DNA of 64,000 nt, from NCBI GenBank assembly GCA_964016885.1, contig OZ024740.1, positions 48,422,001 to 48,486,000 of the forward strand, in the 5' to 3' direction. Below the pieces are notes generated by a model. It saw only the letters and a list, made by a program, of their open reading frames with translations, did not search any database and had not been told where the DNA came from. Origin of the DNA: Eledone cirrhosa. Taxonomy: Eukaryota. Position numbers and translations under genes: made by a program. Shown here in pieces: positions 51,442 through 64,000 of this stretch; the stretch's first letter is position 1; each line of letters begins with the position of its first letter.

Positions 51442-51999
51442 TATATATTTATATAAATATATATATACTGACAGTGGCAGAAACAAAGAGACACACACAC
51501 ACCATTTGTGTGTATAAAAATTTTGTTGACTACATGTAAGCGACACCAAATACTTTTTTTTAGAATAAGGAGTAGGACAAGTTTTGACACACTTTGTTTG
51601 CATTGGTGGAATGACACAAACAGCCTCTCCGTTCCTCCCGTCCCCTTTTTCTCTACCACCCGCCTAGCCCCCCCCCCCCCCCAGGCGGGGCGGTAGCGCC
51701 CACTTTGTGAACCATTGGGTCAAATGTCTGTTAATTGGTTGAAGGAAAGTTATCTTCAGACGAGAAACATGGTCTAAATCAAACAATTGAAGTTAAAACA
51801 ACAGCAACAAAAATAATAGCATCATTGATTACAGGTTTTCACTAAGGAAACTAAATGTAGAAGAATGGCTTGTGCAGAAAGGTGAGAGTGGGTAATGAGT
51901 TTAGTGAAGAATTTGATGTGCAAGTGGATGGATGGATGTTCATCAGGGCCCACTTTTGTTTATTACAGCTATCTAGGTCATAGACTAGCTGTCTATGGG

Positions 52000-52515
52000 A
52001 ACTTCTATTTGCAGACTTGGTTCTTATAGCCAAATTTGTAAAAAAGCTAGAAAAGAAATTCCAGCTAAAATAAGAACAGGATGGAAAAAGTTCAGAGAGC
52101 GACTAACTCTGTTACACATAAAACGTTTCTCTATGAAAAAAAGGCTAACTGTATAATGCCTTTATGCTCTGATGGATGTGCAATGGTAATGTGTATGAAC
52201 AATGAAACATGGATGAGCTGTGAGAAAAGCTGGGTATAAGATGTAGTGTGCAGGAGAGGAGGCTGCACTGGTATGGATATGTGATGCATATGGATAATGC
52301 CACGTGGTTGAAAAACTACCAAGAAATCACATTGGAAGGAAGCTGCAGTAAAGGGGGACCCAGAAAGATCTGGGCAAAGGTGAGAGTTGATCTCAAATCC
52401 CTAAAGCTCAGAGAAAAGATGACAAAGGACCGCAACATGTGTAGGGACACTGTGCTGGAAAAGACCCATCCAACCCATGCAATCATAGGAAAGCAAAGCA
52501 GATGTAAAATGGTAA
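52000..52515 (+). mobile_element. RTE LINE 3' end
   Basis: GWKKFRE and RLHWYGYVMHM remnants. Confidence 0.85.
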
Positions 52516-52532
52516 TGAGATATAGATATATA

Positions 52533-54400
52533 CTAGCAGAATGGCCCGGCGTTGCTCGGGATTCTAAACATAGATTGGCTTGTTTATCCCTCCTTTCTGA
52601 AACAGTACAGAATACCTTGGCCTCGGAATGGTATCTACATTTTGTGCTTATAAAAAAATTTGTGCGAAGAAAATCAATACTTTATCGCGAAATAAATACT
52701 TTTGTTTATATTTTGTTATTGTGTATGCAAAAATATCTGTACACGATATTCGGGTAGTTTTCTGCTAGCATATACAGTGTGCATATTGATATACGCAAAT
52801 ATATATGCTCATAGATATGATACGTAAATTGACAATATGCACATAAACTGAACAAAGACTGTATTACACTTACTTCTGTAATCAGTAAAGTAATCCATGA
52901 TACATTTTTCTAAAAAGGCGATAATGGAGATGGAAAAGCGATGAAACCGTTGACGGAAAATGTTCATGAATCTTCACTTGGAATGTTGATGGGAAGCTTC
53001 AAGCAGTGAATTTGAAAATAGATGCTGCTGGTATGAATGAATGAATTACATTTACCAATATGAAGAGTTGACCTTTGCTATATTGTTGTTTTACTGTATT
53101 CACATATAGACTTCTTAAGTTTTTGTAGTGTCCCTTTTCTAGCAGTTAAAAAGAAACTGAAATGCATTTCAACTAAAAGAGAGTGATAGCTGTTTCACAT
53201 CACTGTAGAATTTCTTTGTAGACACAGTTGTCAGCAAACAGACCCCTTTCATTTAATATTTTTATATTTTCTTTTTTTGTAACTCCTGATAATGCAACAT
53301 ACATCTGACCATGTGAAAAGAATTGTGTTGGTAGATATACACCTATCTTTTCAAATGTCTGCCCTTGTGCCTTGTTGCATGTAAGGGCAAAGGCTGGTTT
53401 GACAGGAAATTGCTTGCGAGTAAAGGTGAAAGGGAACTGAAGCTCTTGAGATACATGTGGTATCCTTGGGATTAGCAACCTTGTCCAGCATTGGGACCCA
53501 ATGCCACTTCAGCTTCAATTACATGATTGTACCATTACAATGCCCGTTTAGAGGATCCAAATTTCTCAGAAGCATGATGCAACTGCCTTTCTTCAGTTTA
53601 AGTATGTGTGTTGGGAAGCCTGATGGGGTAAGTTTGTTGATGAACTCAATTGGATATTGCAGTTCATTATCTACTGTATCAGCATAGTTACGTCCCTTTG
53701 CGGTCTGAGTTCAAATCCCGCCGAGGTTAACTTTTCCTTTCATCCTTACAGGGTCGATAAAATAAAGTACCAGTAATGTACTGGGTAATTGATGGCCTTG
53801 TGCCAAAAGTAGAAACAATTATCTACTGTATCAGAGCTTCTATAGATTATTTCATGACCAGGCAACTTGTTGACCATGAACTCATTCACCAATCTTGCTG
53901 CATCATTTGTTGGAGTGATAATGGCTCAATTTGCAAGCCATAGTGGGTTTGTGTAGTTTCCTGGAAGATTTGTATACACAAAATCAATCACTCCAGACAC
54001 ATTACCATATTCCAGACAAAGTTCATTTGGCAGAAGAATTGTGAATGCACCTACAGTTGGAACAGTTGGAATGTTACCATTTCCCACATCAAGAAGGTAG
54101 TTTGCAAACTGTCTTTCATCAGACTCCTCTGCATTAATTAACCATTGATTGGTTGTCATTAGCAGGTCAGCTTGCTGCATAAGTTTACCTCTGTCATCCC
54201 TCTTTGTGAAGAAGCAAGTTGATTCAGCAGTCACATTGAGAGGAATCTTGCACTTGGAATGAAGAGTTCTACCTTTGTGAAGCAAAGTGGCTGCTATTCC
54301 AGATATGGCAGTGGCAAGTGGAATTTTTTTTTTAGATCGGAGGTAATCCTGTACCTGCACTTGCATTCAAGCAGAAAATTCTGCCTTCAATAAACATGGT
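52533..54400 (-). mobile_element. Helitron remnant (PIF1-like helicase fragments and 3' end); SINE B inserted at 53683-53817 with 17-bp TSD
   Basis: RKQFPVKPAFALTCNKAQGQTF...FFSHGQMYVALS and GIAATLL...GRTLHS; 3' hairpin cccgagcaacgccggg followed by CTAG|T. Confidence 0.9.
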
Positions 54401-54493
54401 CTGTTTATTGAATTTGGATTTTAAAAACAAAAATGCAATCTATCTATATTTATATATATTTATATATATATATATATATATAAATATATATAA

Positions 54494-54524
<31 letters not shown>

Positions 54525-54603
54525 AATATATATATAAATATATATATATAAATAAATATATATATATATAAATATATATAAATATATATATATATAAATA
54601 TAG

Positions 54604-55246
54604 ACGGTAGCTACGGAGTAGGCAGACCCAGAAAAACCTGGGACGAGCTGATAAATTCCGACCTCACATACTTACACCTCTCCAAGACAATGTCACTGGA
54701 CCGAGACCTTTGGCGGTACTCAGTAATAGAGAAGACCCGCCTTACCTAAATACAAAGTAAAACCTACTACAGTCAGTAGGTATCTCTAACAAAATACACC
54801 CCCGTCCCACCACCCCCACCCCATCCACACCGCCCCTTTCAATGTAAAGTTATGTTGGTGCCACAACATCCAGGCCGAAACAAATGAGATCGTGTAGGTG
54901 TCACGACAAAAAACACACAGTCCACGCTGTAATGTGGCCGTGTAGGCAACACGGTAAAAACCTCCCAGCCCCACACTGTAAATGTGGTTGGTGTTAGGAA
55001 GGGCATCCAGCTGTAGAAAACCCGCCAGACAGTCCACGCTGTAATGTGGCCGTGTAGGCAACACGGTAAAAACCTCCCAGCCCCACACTGTAAATGTGGT
55101 TGGTGTTAGAGAAGGCATCCAGCTGTAGAAAACCCGCCAGATAGTCCTATGCGAGCAAGACAATCACTCTTGCCTCAAGTGGGAAAACCCCCGTCCAAAC
55201 CCATGCAAGCGTGGAACACGGACGTTAAACGATGATGATGATGATG
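54604..55246 (+). mobile_element. RTE 3' end with internal tandem duplication of about 110 bp
   Basis: Reverse-complement match to 21318-21840; (GAT)n tail. Confidence 0.88.
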
Positions 55247-55269
55247 ATATATATATATATATTTATATA

Positions 55270-55619
55270 TGTAAATATCTTTAAGTCGTTTGGAATCACA
55301 ACAACAAACAGCGGAGGACGCGTTTCGCACCTGTCCGACAGACAACCTTTCCCCCACCCCGGAAAAAAAACCCAGTTGATGGATGTGAATCTGAAACATA
55401 TAGGGACTATTAAATCTCTCCCAAGGTAACTCTCTCTTGTGTTGTTATTTTTATTTTATCCTTTATACACTTCCCTTCATTCTACACATCTCACACATCT
55501 TATACACACCACGCATCTCAACGTACACCCACTTACATCTCTCTCTCCACCACCGGATCTTGTTACCCGGAGATTTACCCATTTGCATTGTCGAGGCTTC
55601 CAAACGACTTAAAGATATT

Positions 55620-55622
<3 letters not shown>
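55270..55622. repeat. Short fold-back element with a degenerate hammerhead-like motif
   Basis: gtaaatatctttaagtcgtttggaa is inverted at 55598-55622; CAGTTGA-tggat..atct-GAAA-cata-TA-ggg. Confidence 0.55.
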
Positions 55623-55686
<64 letters not shown>

Positions 55687-55688
<2 letters not shown>

Positions 55689-57106
55689 CATACGTCAAAA
55701 TGGCCGGTCGCAAAAGTGAAACCAATTTTTGACAGTTACGTACGTCATTACTTTCAATTTGGATTGTGAATTTGTTTGTTTTTTTACAACAGGTCTCAAT
55801 AGTGAAAGTGAATTTTGTTGATGGTGTTAATTAGTATTGCGTGTACGTGATAATTTTTTTCTTTTCTTTTTTGTGTATTGTGTGTACGGAAATTTTTTTT
55901 TTAAATAATGACATTGTGTGTTGAAAGAAATACATTTTTTTTTTTAAAATAACTACATAGTTATACGTTTGTTGCATATAAAATATAAATTGACGTACCT
56001 TATGAAAATCCTTATTACACCCTATAAATAGCTGAAATACAGTTGATCATCTCGCCAAACTTGTTGGCACCCTTCTCATCGAATCTGTTGAGGATTCGCC
56101 TCCAAATACTGCTCACAAATTTCTCTAAGGAAATTGCACCAGTCTATAATTGTCGGCTTGCTAAGTCCTGTTTCTCTCATCATCTCAGTTTGGGCATGAT
56201 CGTAGCACCACATATAGATAATGCCAATAAGGTGTTCGAGTCGAACACGGCTTCGATAAAATAAAGAATTCCGTCGCACCGATTGACTAAATTTGTCGCT
56301 GGCGTATCGCCATCTCCATTTAGCAATCCCTTCAGAATTTCTTTGCAATATGCACGTCTCATTGCAGACAAGACAATTCACACTGTTCGCCAACAGACGC
56401 CGACTCGCCAACCACTGTAACATACACAACGTGTCACCATGTATCGCCGGGAACAGTGTATACACTGTTTCAAAACGATTAAGAATAGCATTGGTATCCA
56501 AAATATCTTTAACTAAGGTAACGCGACCATACACTCGTCCAGCCATATTTGATGTGACACTGTATTACAATCCAGCCCTTCGGTGCTTCGTTTAAAAAAA
56601 AAAAAAAAATTTTCCCAGCCCTTCTAACGCCAATCTGCCTTTCTGACCCCAAGTTGCCCCTCTGACCCAAATCCCTTATCATTCTCTGTCCTTCTTATGA
56701 CCCTACCTTAATTTCTTTGGCGACAGAGAGTTGGTGTCAACAAGTTTGGCGAGATGATCAACTGTATTTCAGCTATTTATAGGGTGTAATAAGGATTTTC
56801 AATATTTATTTATTTCAGCACACAATGTCATTATTTAAATAAGGATTTTCAATATTTATTTATTTCAACACACAATGTCATTATTTTTAAAAAAAATGTC
56901 CGTACACACAATACACAAAAAAAGAATTAAAAAAAATTATCACGTACACGCAATACTAATTAACACCATCAACAAAATTCACTTTCACTATTGAGACCTG
57001 TTCTAAAAAAACAAACAAATTCACAATCCAAATTGAAAATAATGACGTACGTAACTGTCGTCAAAAATTAGTTTCACTTTTGCGACCGGCCGTTTTGACG
57101 TATGCC
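55687..57106. mobile_element. Merlin deletion derivative with long arms
   Basis: TIR GGCATACGTCAAAA; transposase N-terminus 56076-56546 on the minus strand (CLVC, TIIDWCNFLREIC); C-terminal coding sequence present in both arms. Confidence 0.88.
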
Positions 57107-57542
57107 ATATATATATATAGCTGACACGGAGAAAACGATCTTTTAAATAAATGAGAGACGGAATATTATAAACTTTATGATCGTCTGCTATTCCAAACAC
57201 CAGATATATATAGAGAGAGTAGTATGAGGTAGTCATAACAACAGTGGTAGCAGCAAAACGCGCATCAAAACAATGTCACAGTCATTCTATCTATCTGTAT
57301 CTCTCTCTAAATTTAGCTGTCGTCTGTTCTACAGTGTGGATGTCATTCACTTCGCACAGAAGTTTTGTTCAAATTTATTGAGGAAATTTTGTGAGTTCAA
57401 ACTTAATTTTGATACAATTGTGTAGCTTGACCCTCCGTCTGAACTGTCAGGCGGTGGGTCAGCTCATCTTTACCCCTCCTAGAGGTGAAATAACCTGTTT
57501 TAAAAAAAATTTTGTGTAAAAAATTTCAATCGTCTAACAGAA

Positions 57543-59791
57543 ATGTTAAACGCAGCGAACGAAAATAGTGGTGGGGGGACAGCGGTAAGAGTTGTAAGCT
57601 CGCACGCTTTAGTCCTCCCTTCCTTCCCAACTAACGTCATAGAGAAGGAAGGAAAAATGAAAATAAAAACGGACGAATGTGCGGAGGAAAAATTAAATGA
57701 CGAAAACAACGGAAAAAAAAAATTTGAAAAATTGCATGACAATACTAATAACACAAACAAAGACACAACAAACAAAAAAATAACAGTTGAAAATAACATC
57801 ATATCAGAAAACAAAGCAGACGACAAGATTTCATTTGCACAGAAAACAAAGAAATCTTTGACTTATATAGCGGAAAACATTTCAGATGTGGTACGAAGGA
57901 TCACGGACGCAAAACAATACATAAGTGAAGGTGAGAATGGTATTTTATTGGTAAAAATGCCTCAAGAATTCACGAAAGACATTGAAAGCCGAACGGTCAA
58001 GTTTCGGACCATCAACAACAGTACAAAAAAACCTGAACAGCCTTCTCAAGCAGATATCAAAACAGTACTCGCAGAAGTACTGAATGAAACAACTTTCATA
58101 AGAAAAGACAGACTGTATGGAAGCCTAGCAATCATCATGAAGAACGAATCGGCGGCAAAAAAATGTGCTTTGTCACCGATTCGTTCGAAAAATTTCACCT
58201 TTTATCCATCTTATATGGGAAAAAAAACTCAACGCATATGGCTGGATGCAATGATGCCAGATGTGGACTACTGCTGGCTCATAGCTGGCTTCATCGATCC
58301 AGTGAATGACAACGTGATTTCCATTGGGAAAACCACAGGCAATGCGTTCAGTGGAACAGGTATAGAGCTGGTAGTACAAATGAAGCCTGAACGCATCGCC
58401 CAAATACCCGACAGAATCCTATTAGAGGACCACGGGTATATAAACATTAGCGTGGAGGGGAGAAGGCCGTCCTGCCATATCTGTGCAGGCAGAGGGCACC
58501 TGAAGGCCGCTTGTCCCCAACTCAACAAAAAGAAAACCCTGCTACCAACACCAGCTCCACCACCACCACCACAACAGATAAACAAACAACAAAACTCAGT
58601 CCCACCCAACCCGTCCCTCAGTAACACCACAACACCACCACAACACAAACAGTCACAACACATTACCCCAAAACAAAATACAGGCCCACCCAACCTCTCA
58701 CTCAATAAAACAACACAACCACCGCAGACACAACACACAACACAGTCTAACATAGTGACATCCATCTCCCCCACAAAGAAAACCAACACGGAAACATTAC
58801 CAGCAAACATACCTCTTCCCTCCAACACTGAAGATAACCCAACGAATTCGGAGGAAGAAACGGAGTCCTTCAGACAGATTTGTAGCGGTTGTCTCCCTTG
58901 TTTTGATTAGGATCTAGACGGGAAGTGGAACCCTTTCTGCAACTTCCGGTCAGAGCCCTATAAAACTAACAGCTTTGGGCTTCCGCTCTCTCTTTGCCTT
59001 TTCGGCACCAGGTCGAAGAGTCTTCTCATTTGGCTCTGCCATTAATTTGGCCAACAGGCGCCTGGCCTTAGCCAGGCGCCCTCTGCCAGCCGCGTTTGCC
59101 TGGCAATCAAAACGGTAACTACTAACTTTGTTTCATTCTAACATCTATCTTTGACATGTCAAGTATTCTATCTACCGTTAATTAAATATTATATACACAA
59201 ACATTGTCTCGTTTTGTTACATTCATGCAACCAGTAATCTCGCTATAGATTAAAAGGAAAAAAAGAAAACATGTGCAAAACACACAAGGACAAACAACCC
59301 CCACCCAAATCGCAACACAATCTAACAAAACAGAAAACACCCCTCCAGCAACAAACAAAACCAAACCTGCCCCTCCCCTCTTCGAAACACTCACACCATC
59401 GGAAAAAAAGACATTACACTATACTTACATCAACAGAAACAATAATAAATTAAATGAACTCATATACAATAATCCTTCGGTACAAACCGAAGGTGTAAAC
59501 TTTGTTTCATCAGAAAACCACCCACATTTAAAACTAATAAAAATCCCAATGAACCTCTACCAAAAACTAAAAAAGGATTTTAAGGAGGACGTAGGACCAC
59601 CCTCTGTCAAACCCATAAACCGCGTCCTACTAAAAAGCTTTCCCCCTCCCCTTCCCCTCCCCAACACAACTCCAAACACCCCAACCCCACCACACACCGA
59701 CGACCCCACACCACCACAAGACACCCCTTTACCCAACACCCCCGACCCCATGGAAGTCGTGCAACCCGAACCCCGGGAAGCGGAAAGGTAG
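57543..59791 (+). pseudogene. Tx1 ORF1 interrupted by a solo LTR
   Basis: Colinear with 48568-50268 except for the insertion at 58881-59247. Confidence 0.9.
58881..59247 (+). mobile_element. Solo LTR, probably Ty3/Gypsy
   Basis: Inverted ends TGTAGCG...CGCTATA; 4-bp TSD GATT; internal TATAAAA and ATTAAA. Confidence 0.8.
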
Positions 59792-59824
59792 GTCTCTACA
59801 CTCTCCTTTGGCTCTGCCGCCCAC

Positions 59825-62800
59825 ATGGATGTGTTAAGAGTAGGATGTTTGAATGCACGTGGCCTGGGCTCAACTTGGAAGCAAGCAAAGCTTCTAAATG
59901 ACCTCAGGTCATGTAGTATAAATGTAATGGTTATCTGTGAGACTCGAATCAGCGTCATGCGGCAGCTGGCCCCCACCTTCGATGACTTTGAGGTGCATGC
60001 ATCTCTCTGTCAACCTGGAGGTGGGGGTGGGGTTGTCGTGCTGCTGCAAAAACACCTGGGTCTTGCCGTACAGGTTGTGCACTCGGACCCGGAGGGTCGT
60101 TTGTTGGTGCTAGACGTTGGCAGTAGTGAAAGTGCGGCCTTGAGACTGGTCGCCGTCTACTCCCCTTTCGGAGCTGAACGGCCCGACTTCTTCCAGCGTT
60201 TGGAGACTTTTCTGGGAACGTCGCGTTCCCTGCTTCTAGCGGGGGATTGGAATGACATCCTAGATGCACGTTGGGACTATGCAGGAGCATGTCCTAATAG
60301 AGGGGGGTGTAACAGCCTCAAGGGGTTACTCGACCGTTTTAACTTGGTCGATAGATATCGACTAGATTTTCCAACTGTGCCTACCTGGACTTGGAGAAAC
60401 CACAGTGGTCAATCTAGATCGTACTTAGATAGATTCTTAGTTAGAAGTAAGGATAGGGACATATTAAGCTGTCCAGAAATGCGCACGGTTGGCTACACGG
60501 ATCACAAATTAGTGACCTGCGTGGTCAATCTCGAGAAAACACATAGACAGGGTCCCGGTTACTGGAAACTTAATTTGTCTTTACCGGCAAAAGAGGCTTA
60601 CAGAAACCGGATTAGCAGATTAGTTAAGGAGAGGTTGACGGGTGCAATCGTCAACAACCGATGGTGGGCATCTCTCAAAAGAGAGATTAGAACAGAATCA
60701 ATAAGTTATAGCAAGATGTTAGCTGCCAATAGGAATAGAAACGAGAAAGAATTAACAGGTAAATTAGAAGAGGCAATCAAGAGCGAAGATGTGGCCAGAG
60801 TGCTGGCATCGAGGACGGCCTTGAACCAGTTTTTCGATGCAAAGCATGAAGGCTGCGTCATTCGAAGTAAAATACGTGCTCTAGGTAATGAGGGGGCCAA
60901 AGCCGTTGGATGGGCCCGCGTGACAGAAGCTAAAAGTGGAAATCGATCCACGATCCGGTCGTTGCAAGACGAAGATGGACGAGTGATCCGGGAGCCTAAG
61001 CAGATGTGCGAGGCCTTTCAAAAGCACTTTGCCCGATTGTTCGGGGGAGGCGAGGGTCCGGGCCGGGGCGTGGATTTCGGTCCATACCTCGACGGCCTGC
61101 CACGTCTCTCGAACAAAGAGGCAGAGTCCTGCGAGGGACCAATCTCGGCTGATGAGATCGGAGATGCGCTGAGCCAATGCAGCAGACGCAAATCTCCAGG
61201 TCTCGATGGTATACCTTACGAACTTTATTTAGCAATGCCGGTCTTCTTCTCCGAACTCCTCGAAGCGGTCTACTGCAATTGGCAGCAGAACGGGAGAATT
61301 CCTTGTTCTGTAGCCAAGGGCGTAGTCACGCTGGTGAGGAAGGACGAGAACAAGGGGGATAGTATAAATAATTTTCGGCCCATAACCCTGCTAAACACAG
61401 AGTTAAAGATTTTGGCCAAGGTGTTAGCAAAGAGGTTGGCGCTTGTCGTGGGTGGCCTGGTGGGAGATGCGCAGACATGTGCTATCCCATCCAGGTCCAT
61501 TCACGATAACCTCCACCTCATGCGATACATCATAGAGAGGGTTGGCAACAAACCCGGCTTCGGTGGGGCCCTGATCAACTTGGATCAGTCTAAGGCATTC
61601 GATAGGGTCGACCATGGTTACCTGGATGCGGTGCTAGCAGCGGCTGGGTTCGGTCCTGTTTTCAGAGGCTGGATCACTGCCCTACATAGCAACCACATCT
61701 GTTCTAGGATCAAGGTGAACGGCTACCTTTCGAAGCCGTTCGAAATCACACGATCCATTCGACAGGGGTGCCCTCTCTCCTCCCTTCTGTACGTATTGAC
61801 TCTCGAGCCTTTACTGAGGAAGTTGGAGTTGTTGCAGGGTATCCCCCTGGAACCAGGATTGAGCAAAGCGGTGTCGGCCTACGCCGATGACGTAACAGTA
61901 ATGGTATCAACCGACTCGGAGATCGAGGCGATCGGTACCTTACTGGAGGAGTACGAAAGGTTGTCAGGAGCGAAACTGAACCGGGAAAAATCCATCGGGC
62001 TGCAACTCGGAACGTGGAGAGGCAAACCGATGCCTCCTGACGGTGTCGTCGGACACTGGACGGAGGGCCCGGTAAAGTTGCTTGGGGTCTGGTTTGGACC
62101 GGACCTCCAGGTGGAAAAGAACTGGAACGAGGTTACGAACAAGGTGTTTGCACTAACCCAGAAATGGGCCAAGTGTAAGCTGTCCCTAAAAGGCCGGGCG
62201 GAGGTGGCGAACATTTACATAGCGTCCGTCACTTACTACCGCCTGACTGTCGTGCCTTGCCCTAAGGAAACACTCACCACCATGGAACGCATGCTCTTCC
62301 AATTTCTTTGGAAGAAGCGTCCTCCTATGGTGAGAAGATCCATCTGCTGCCAACAACCTTCGAAAGGAGGGCTGGGGATGCCGTGGTTGATGATGCGTAG
62401 GCACGCATTAAGGCTACGGCACCTACAGGTATTCCTCACTGGTCAACCGGTGTGGGCTCCGTTCGTGAAACGAGCCTTTCCGAGACTCGTCTCACTCACC
62501 GAGCTACAGTCCTGGGTCAAGCAAAGATCCGGAAAACTGGGAGACTGGCACACTGAGTGTGCTCAGGCGCTCAGGGCTCTCTGGCAAGCGGGCCGGGCCA
62601 TCGGTGGAGAATCCACCTCATCATTCTATAGAGGGCTGGTGGCTAGCAGGGGCGATGACACCCTTGGAGAGTCGCTGGACATGGAAGAAGACGAACTGGC
62701 CAGCCTGTTCGGTAGGACTTTCGGCCCAGGACCAATGGACAACTTCCAGAAGTCACTGGCCTGGCAGTGCTACCGAGGGGCTCTACCCGTTCGAGAGAGG

Positions 62801-63262
62801 CTCTACAGACACGGGCGCCCGGACAGGGATCCCTCAAAAAAGATTTGCCCTAGATGCGTGCGTCACGAAGAAACCGTGGCGCACGCATTGGTGCAATGTC
62901 CTGGCGTGGCTGATCTGTGGGGCTACGCCGAACAACTGCTGTCGCGGGTGGCGCCGATTAAATTGACCGCCGAGTCCGTGATGACAATCAAACCGCCTCC
63001 CCTCTTCACAAAGGAAGCAAAGGCGGTTTTTCTGTGCGTAATAGCCATGTTGAAAGAGGTTGTTTGGTGGACACGATTGAAAGGTCTGAGGTCAGGCAAC
63101 TTCCTCTCTGGCCATAGTCTGGTCTACTTCTTCCGATATCACTTCGGAAGAAGGATAAGAATGGAGAGAGAGGTGCTTGGCCACAGGCAGTTTTATGAAA
63201 GGTGGGTGATAGTGGCGAGAATGGCTCGTGTAAATGGGCCTTCTCTGTATACCATCCTGTAG
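59825..63262 (+). CDS. Tx1 ORF2: APE endonuclease, reverse transcriptase and C-terminal zinc motif
   Basis: 1145 aa uninterrupted; GDWN, TDH, QGCPLS, YADD, CPRC...H...C. Confidence 0.95.
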   Translation: MDVLRVGCLNARGLGSTWKQAKLLNDLRSCSINVMVICETRISVMRQLAPTFDDFEVHASLCQPGGGGGVVVLLQKHLGLAVQVVHSDPEGRLLVLDVGSSESAALRLVAVYSPFGAERPDFFQRLETFLGTSRSLLLAGDWNDILDARWDYAGACPNRGGCNSLKGLLDRFNLVDRYRLDFPTVPTWTWRNHSGQSRSYLDRFLVRSKDRDILSCPEMRTVGYTDHKLVTCVVNLEKTHRQGPGYWKLNLSLPAKEAYRNRISRLVKERLTGAIVNNRWWASLKREIRTESISYSKMLAANRNRNEKELTGKLEEAIKSEDVARVLASRTALNQFFDAKHEGCVIRSKIRALGNEGAKAVGWARVTEAKSGNRSTIRSLQDEDGRVIREPKQMCEAFQKHFARLFGGGEGPGRGVDFGPYLDGLPRLSNKEAESCEGPISADEIGDALSQCSRRKSPGLDGIPYELYLAMPVFFSELLEAVYCNWQQNGRIPCSVAKGVVTLVRKDENKGDSINNFRPITLLNTELKILAKVLAKRLALVVGGLVGDAQTCAIPSRSIHDNLHLMRYIIERVGNKPGFGGALINLDQSKAFDRVDHGYLDAVLAAAGFGPVFRGWITALHSNHICSRIKVNGYLSKPFEITRSIRQGCPLSSLLYVLTLEPLLRKLELLQGIPLEPGLSKAVSAYADDVTVMVSTDSEIEAIGTLLEEYERLSGAKLNREKSIGLQLGTWRGKPMPPDGVVGHWTEGPVKLLGVWFGPDLQVEKNWNEVTNKVFALTQKWAKCKLSLKGRAEVANIYIASVTYYRLTVVPCPKETLTTMERMLFQFLWKKRPPMVRRSICCQQPSKGGLGMPWLMMRRHALRLRHLQVFLTGQPVWAPFVKRAFPRLVSLTELQSWVKQRSGKLGDWHTECAQALRALWQAGRAIGGESTSSFYRGLVASRGDDTLGESLDMEEDELASLFGRTFGPGPMDNFQKSLAWQCYRGALPVRERLYRHGRPDRDPSKKICPRCVRHEETVAHALVQCPGVADLWGYAEQLLSRVAPIKLTAESVMTIKPPPLFTKEAKAVFLCVIAMLKEVVWWTRLKGLRSGNFLSGHSLVYFFRYHFGRRIRMEREVLGHRQFYERWVIVARMARVNGPSLYTIL

Positions 63263-64000
63263 GTAAAGAAGTAAAGGAGAGGGGAGCACCTTATCCATGT
63301 GCTCCCCGGGCAAAGGATTGCACACTTTTTCGGGGGTGTGTGCAACCCCCATCACGTCCCCTCCCTTTTGAGGTTATTTTCGATTATTTTCATGTTACAC
63401 CCTTTTTACTCGATTATATGTAAACTCCCCCTTTGTATTTGTCCCTTCTTTTTATGCCTTTATGGTAAATAAAGAAATCTATCTATCTGTATCTCTCTCT
63501 TCTTATACTCACACACAATCTCTCTCTCTATCACAGTCACTCTATCTGTATGAGAGAGAGTAGTATGAGGTAGTCTTAACAACAGTGGTAGCAGCAAAAC
63601 AATATATATATATATATATATATGTAGATAAATCTACCAAACTGTACGATATATATATATATATATATGTCACAGTCACTCCTCTCTTTATATACTCACA
63701 CATACAATCTCTCTTTCTCGCTCTAGCAATTTTATAAAATCAAACAACAACATACACGCACACCGATCAACGTATTGAAAAAAATCCAAATCGCTTCATC
63801 TTTCTCTTTCTCTCTCTAGAGAAGTATTGAAATTTGAATCATTTAAAAGTGAATCTTGAACTATGAAATAATATTTTTAATATATGTTTAATCATGTGTT
63901 GCGAAATTTAGTAGCTACATTATGTAATATTCATTCATTATTTATTCAAAGTAATCCAACTTATTTTACTAATGGGATAAAAAATTATATTCTGGACGCA

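Larger units (their letters stand above)
57309..63477 (+). mobile_element. Full-length Tx1-clade LINE
   Basis: 23-bp TSD tctatctatctgtatctctctct at 57286-57308 and 63478-63500; ORF1 and ORF2. Confidence 0.95.

Overview
Eukaryotic, highly repetitive genomic DNA. The tRNA-derived SINEs and RTE LINE tails resemble those of octopod cephalopods; this taxon assignment is an inference. The only host gene found is three phase-compatible minus-strand exons (11703-11810, 7851-7948, 2117-2204) encoding an N-terminal OB fold that resembles shelterin TPP1/ACD (Est3 family). The rest is transposable elements. The first 26 kb holds mostly decayed RTE LINEs, SINEs and CRE-like fragments. From 26 to 58 kb there is a (TA)n-rich zone packed with fold-back (inverted-repeat) elements. 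The main hidden signal is about 14 type-I hammerhead ribozyme motifs from about 8 sequence families. They sit in Penelope-like elements or in short non-coding fold-back units anchored in (TA)n, and include a U3-A8 core variant and variants with a very long stem II. Also notable are Merlin/IS1595-type transposons with long palindromic arms that contain the transposase 3' end, and a head-to-head Tx1 pair (one ORF1-only copy, one with intact ORF2 and an LTR-disrupted ORF1). All calls were made by eye; no searches were run.
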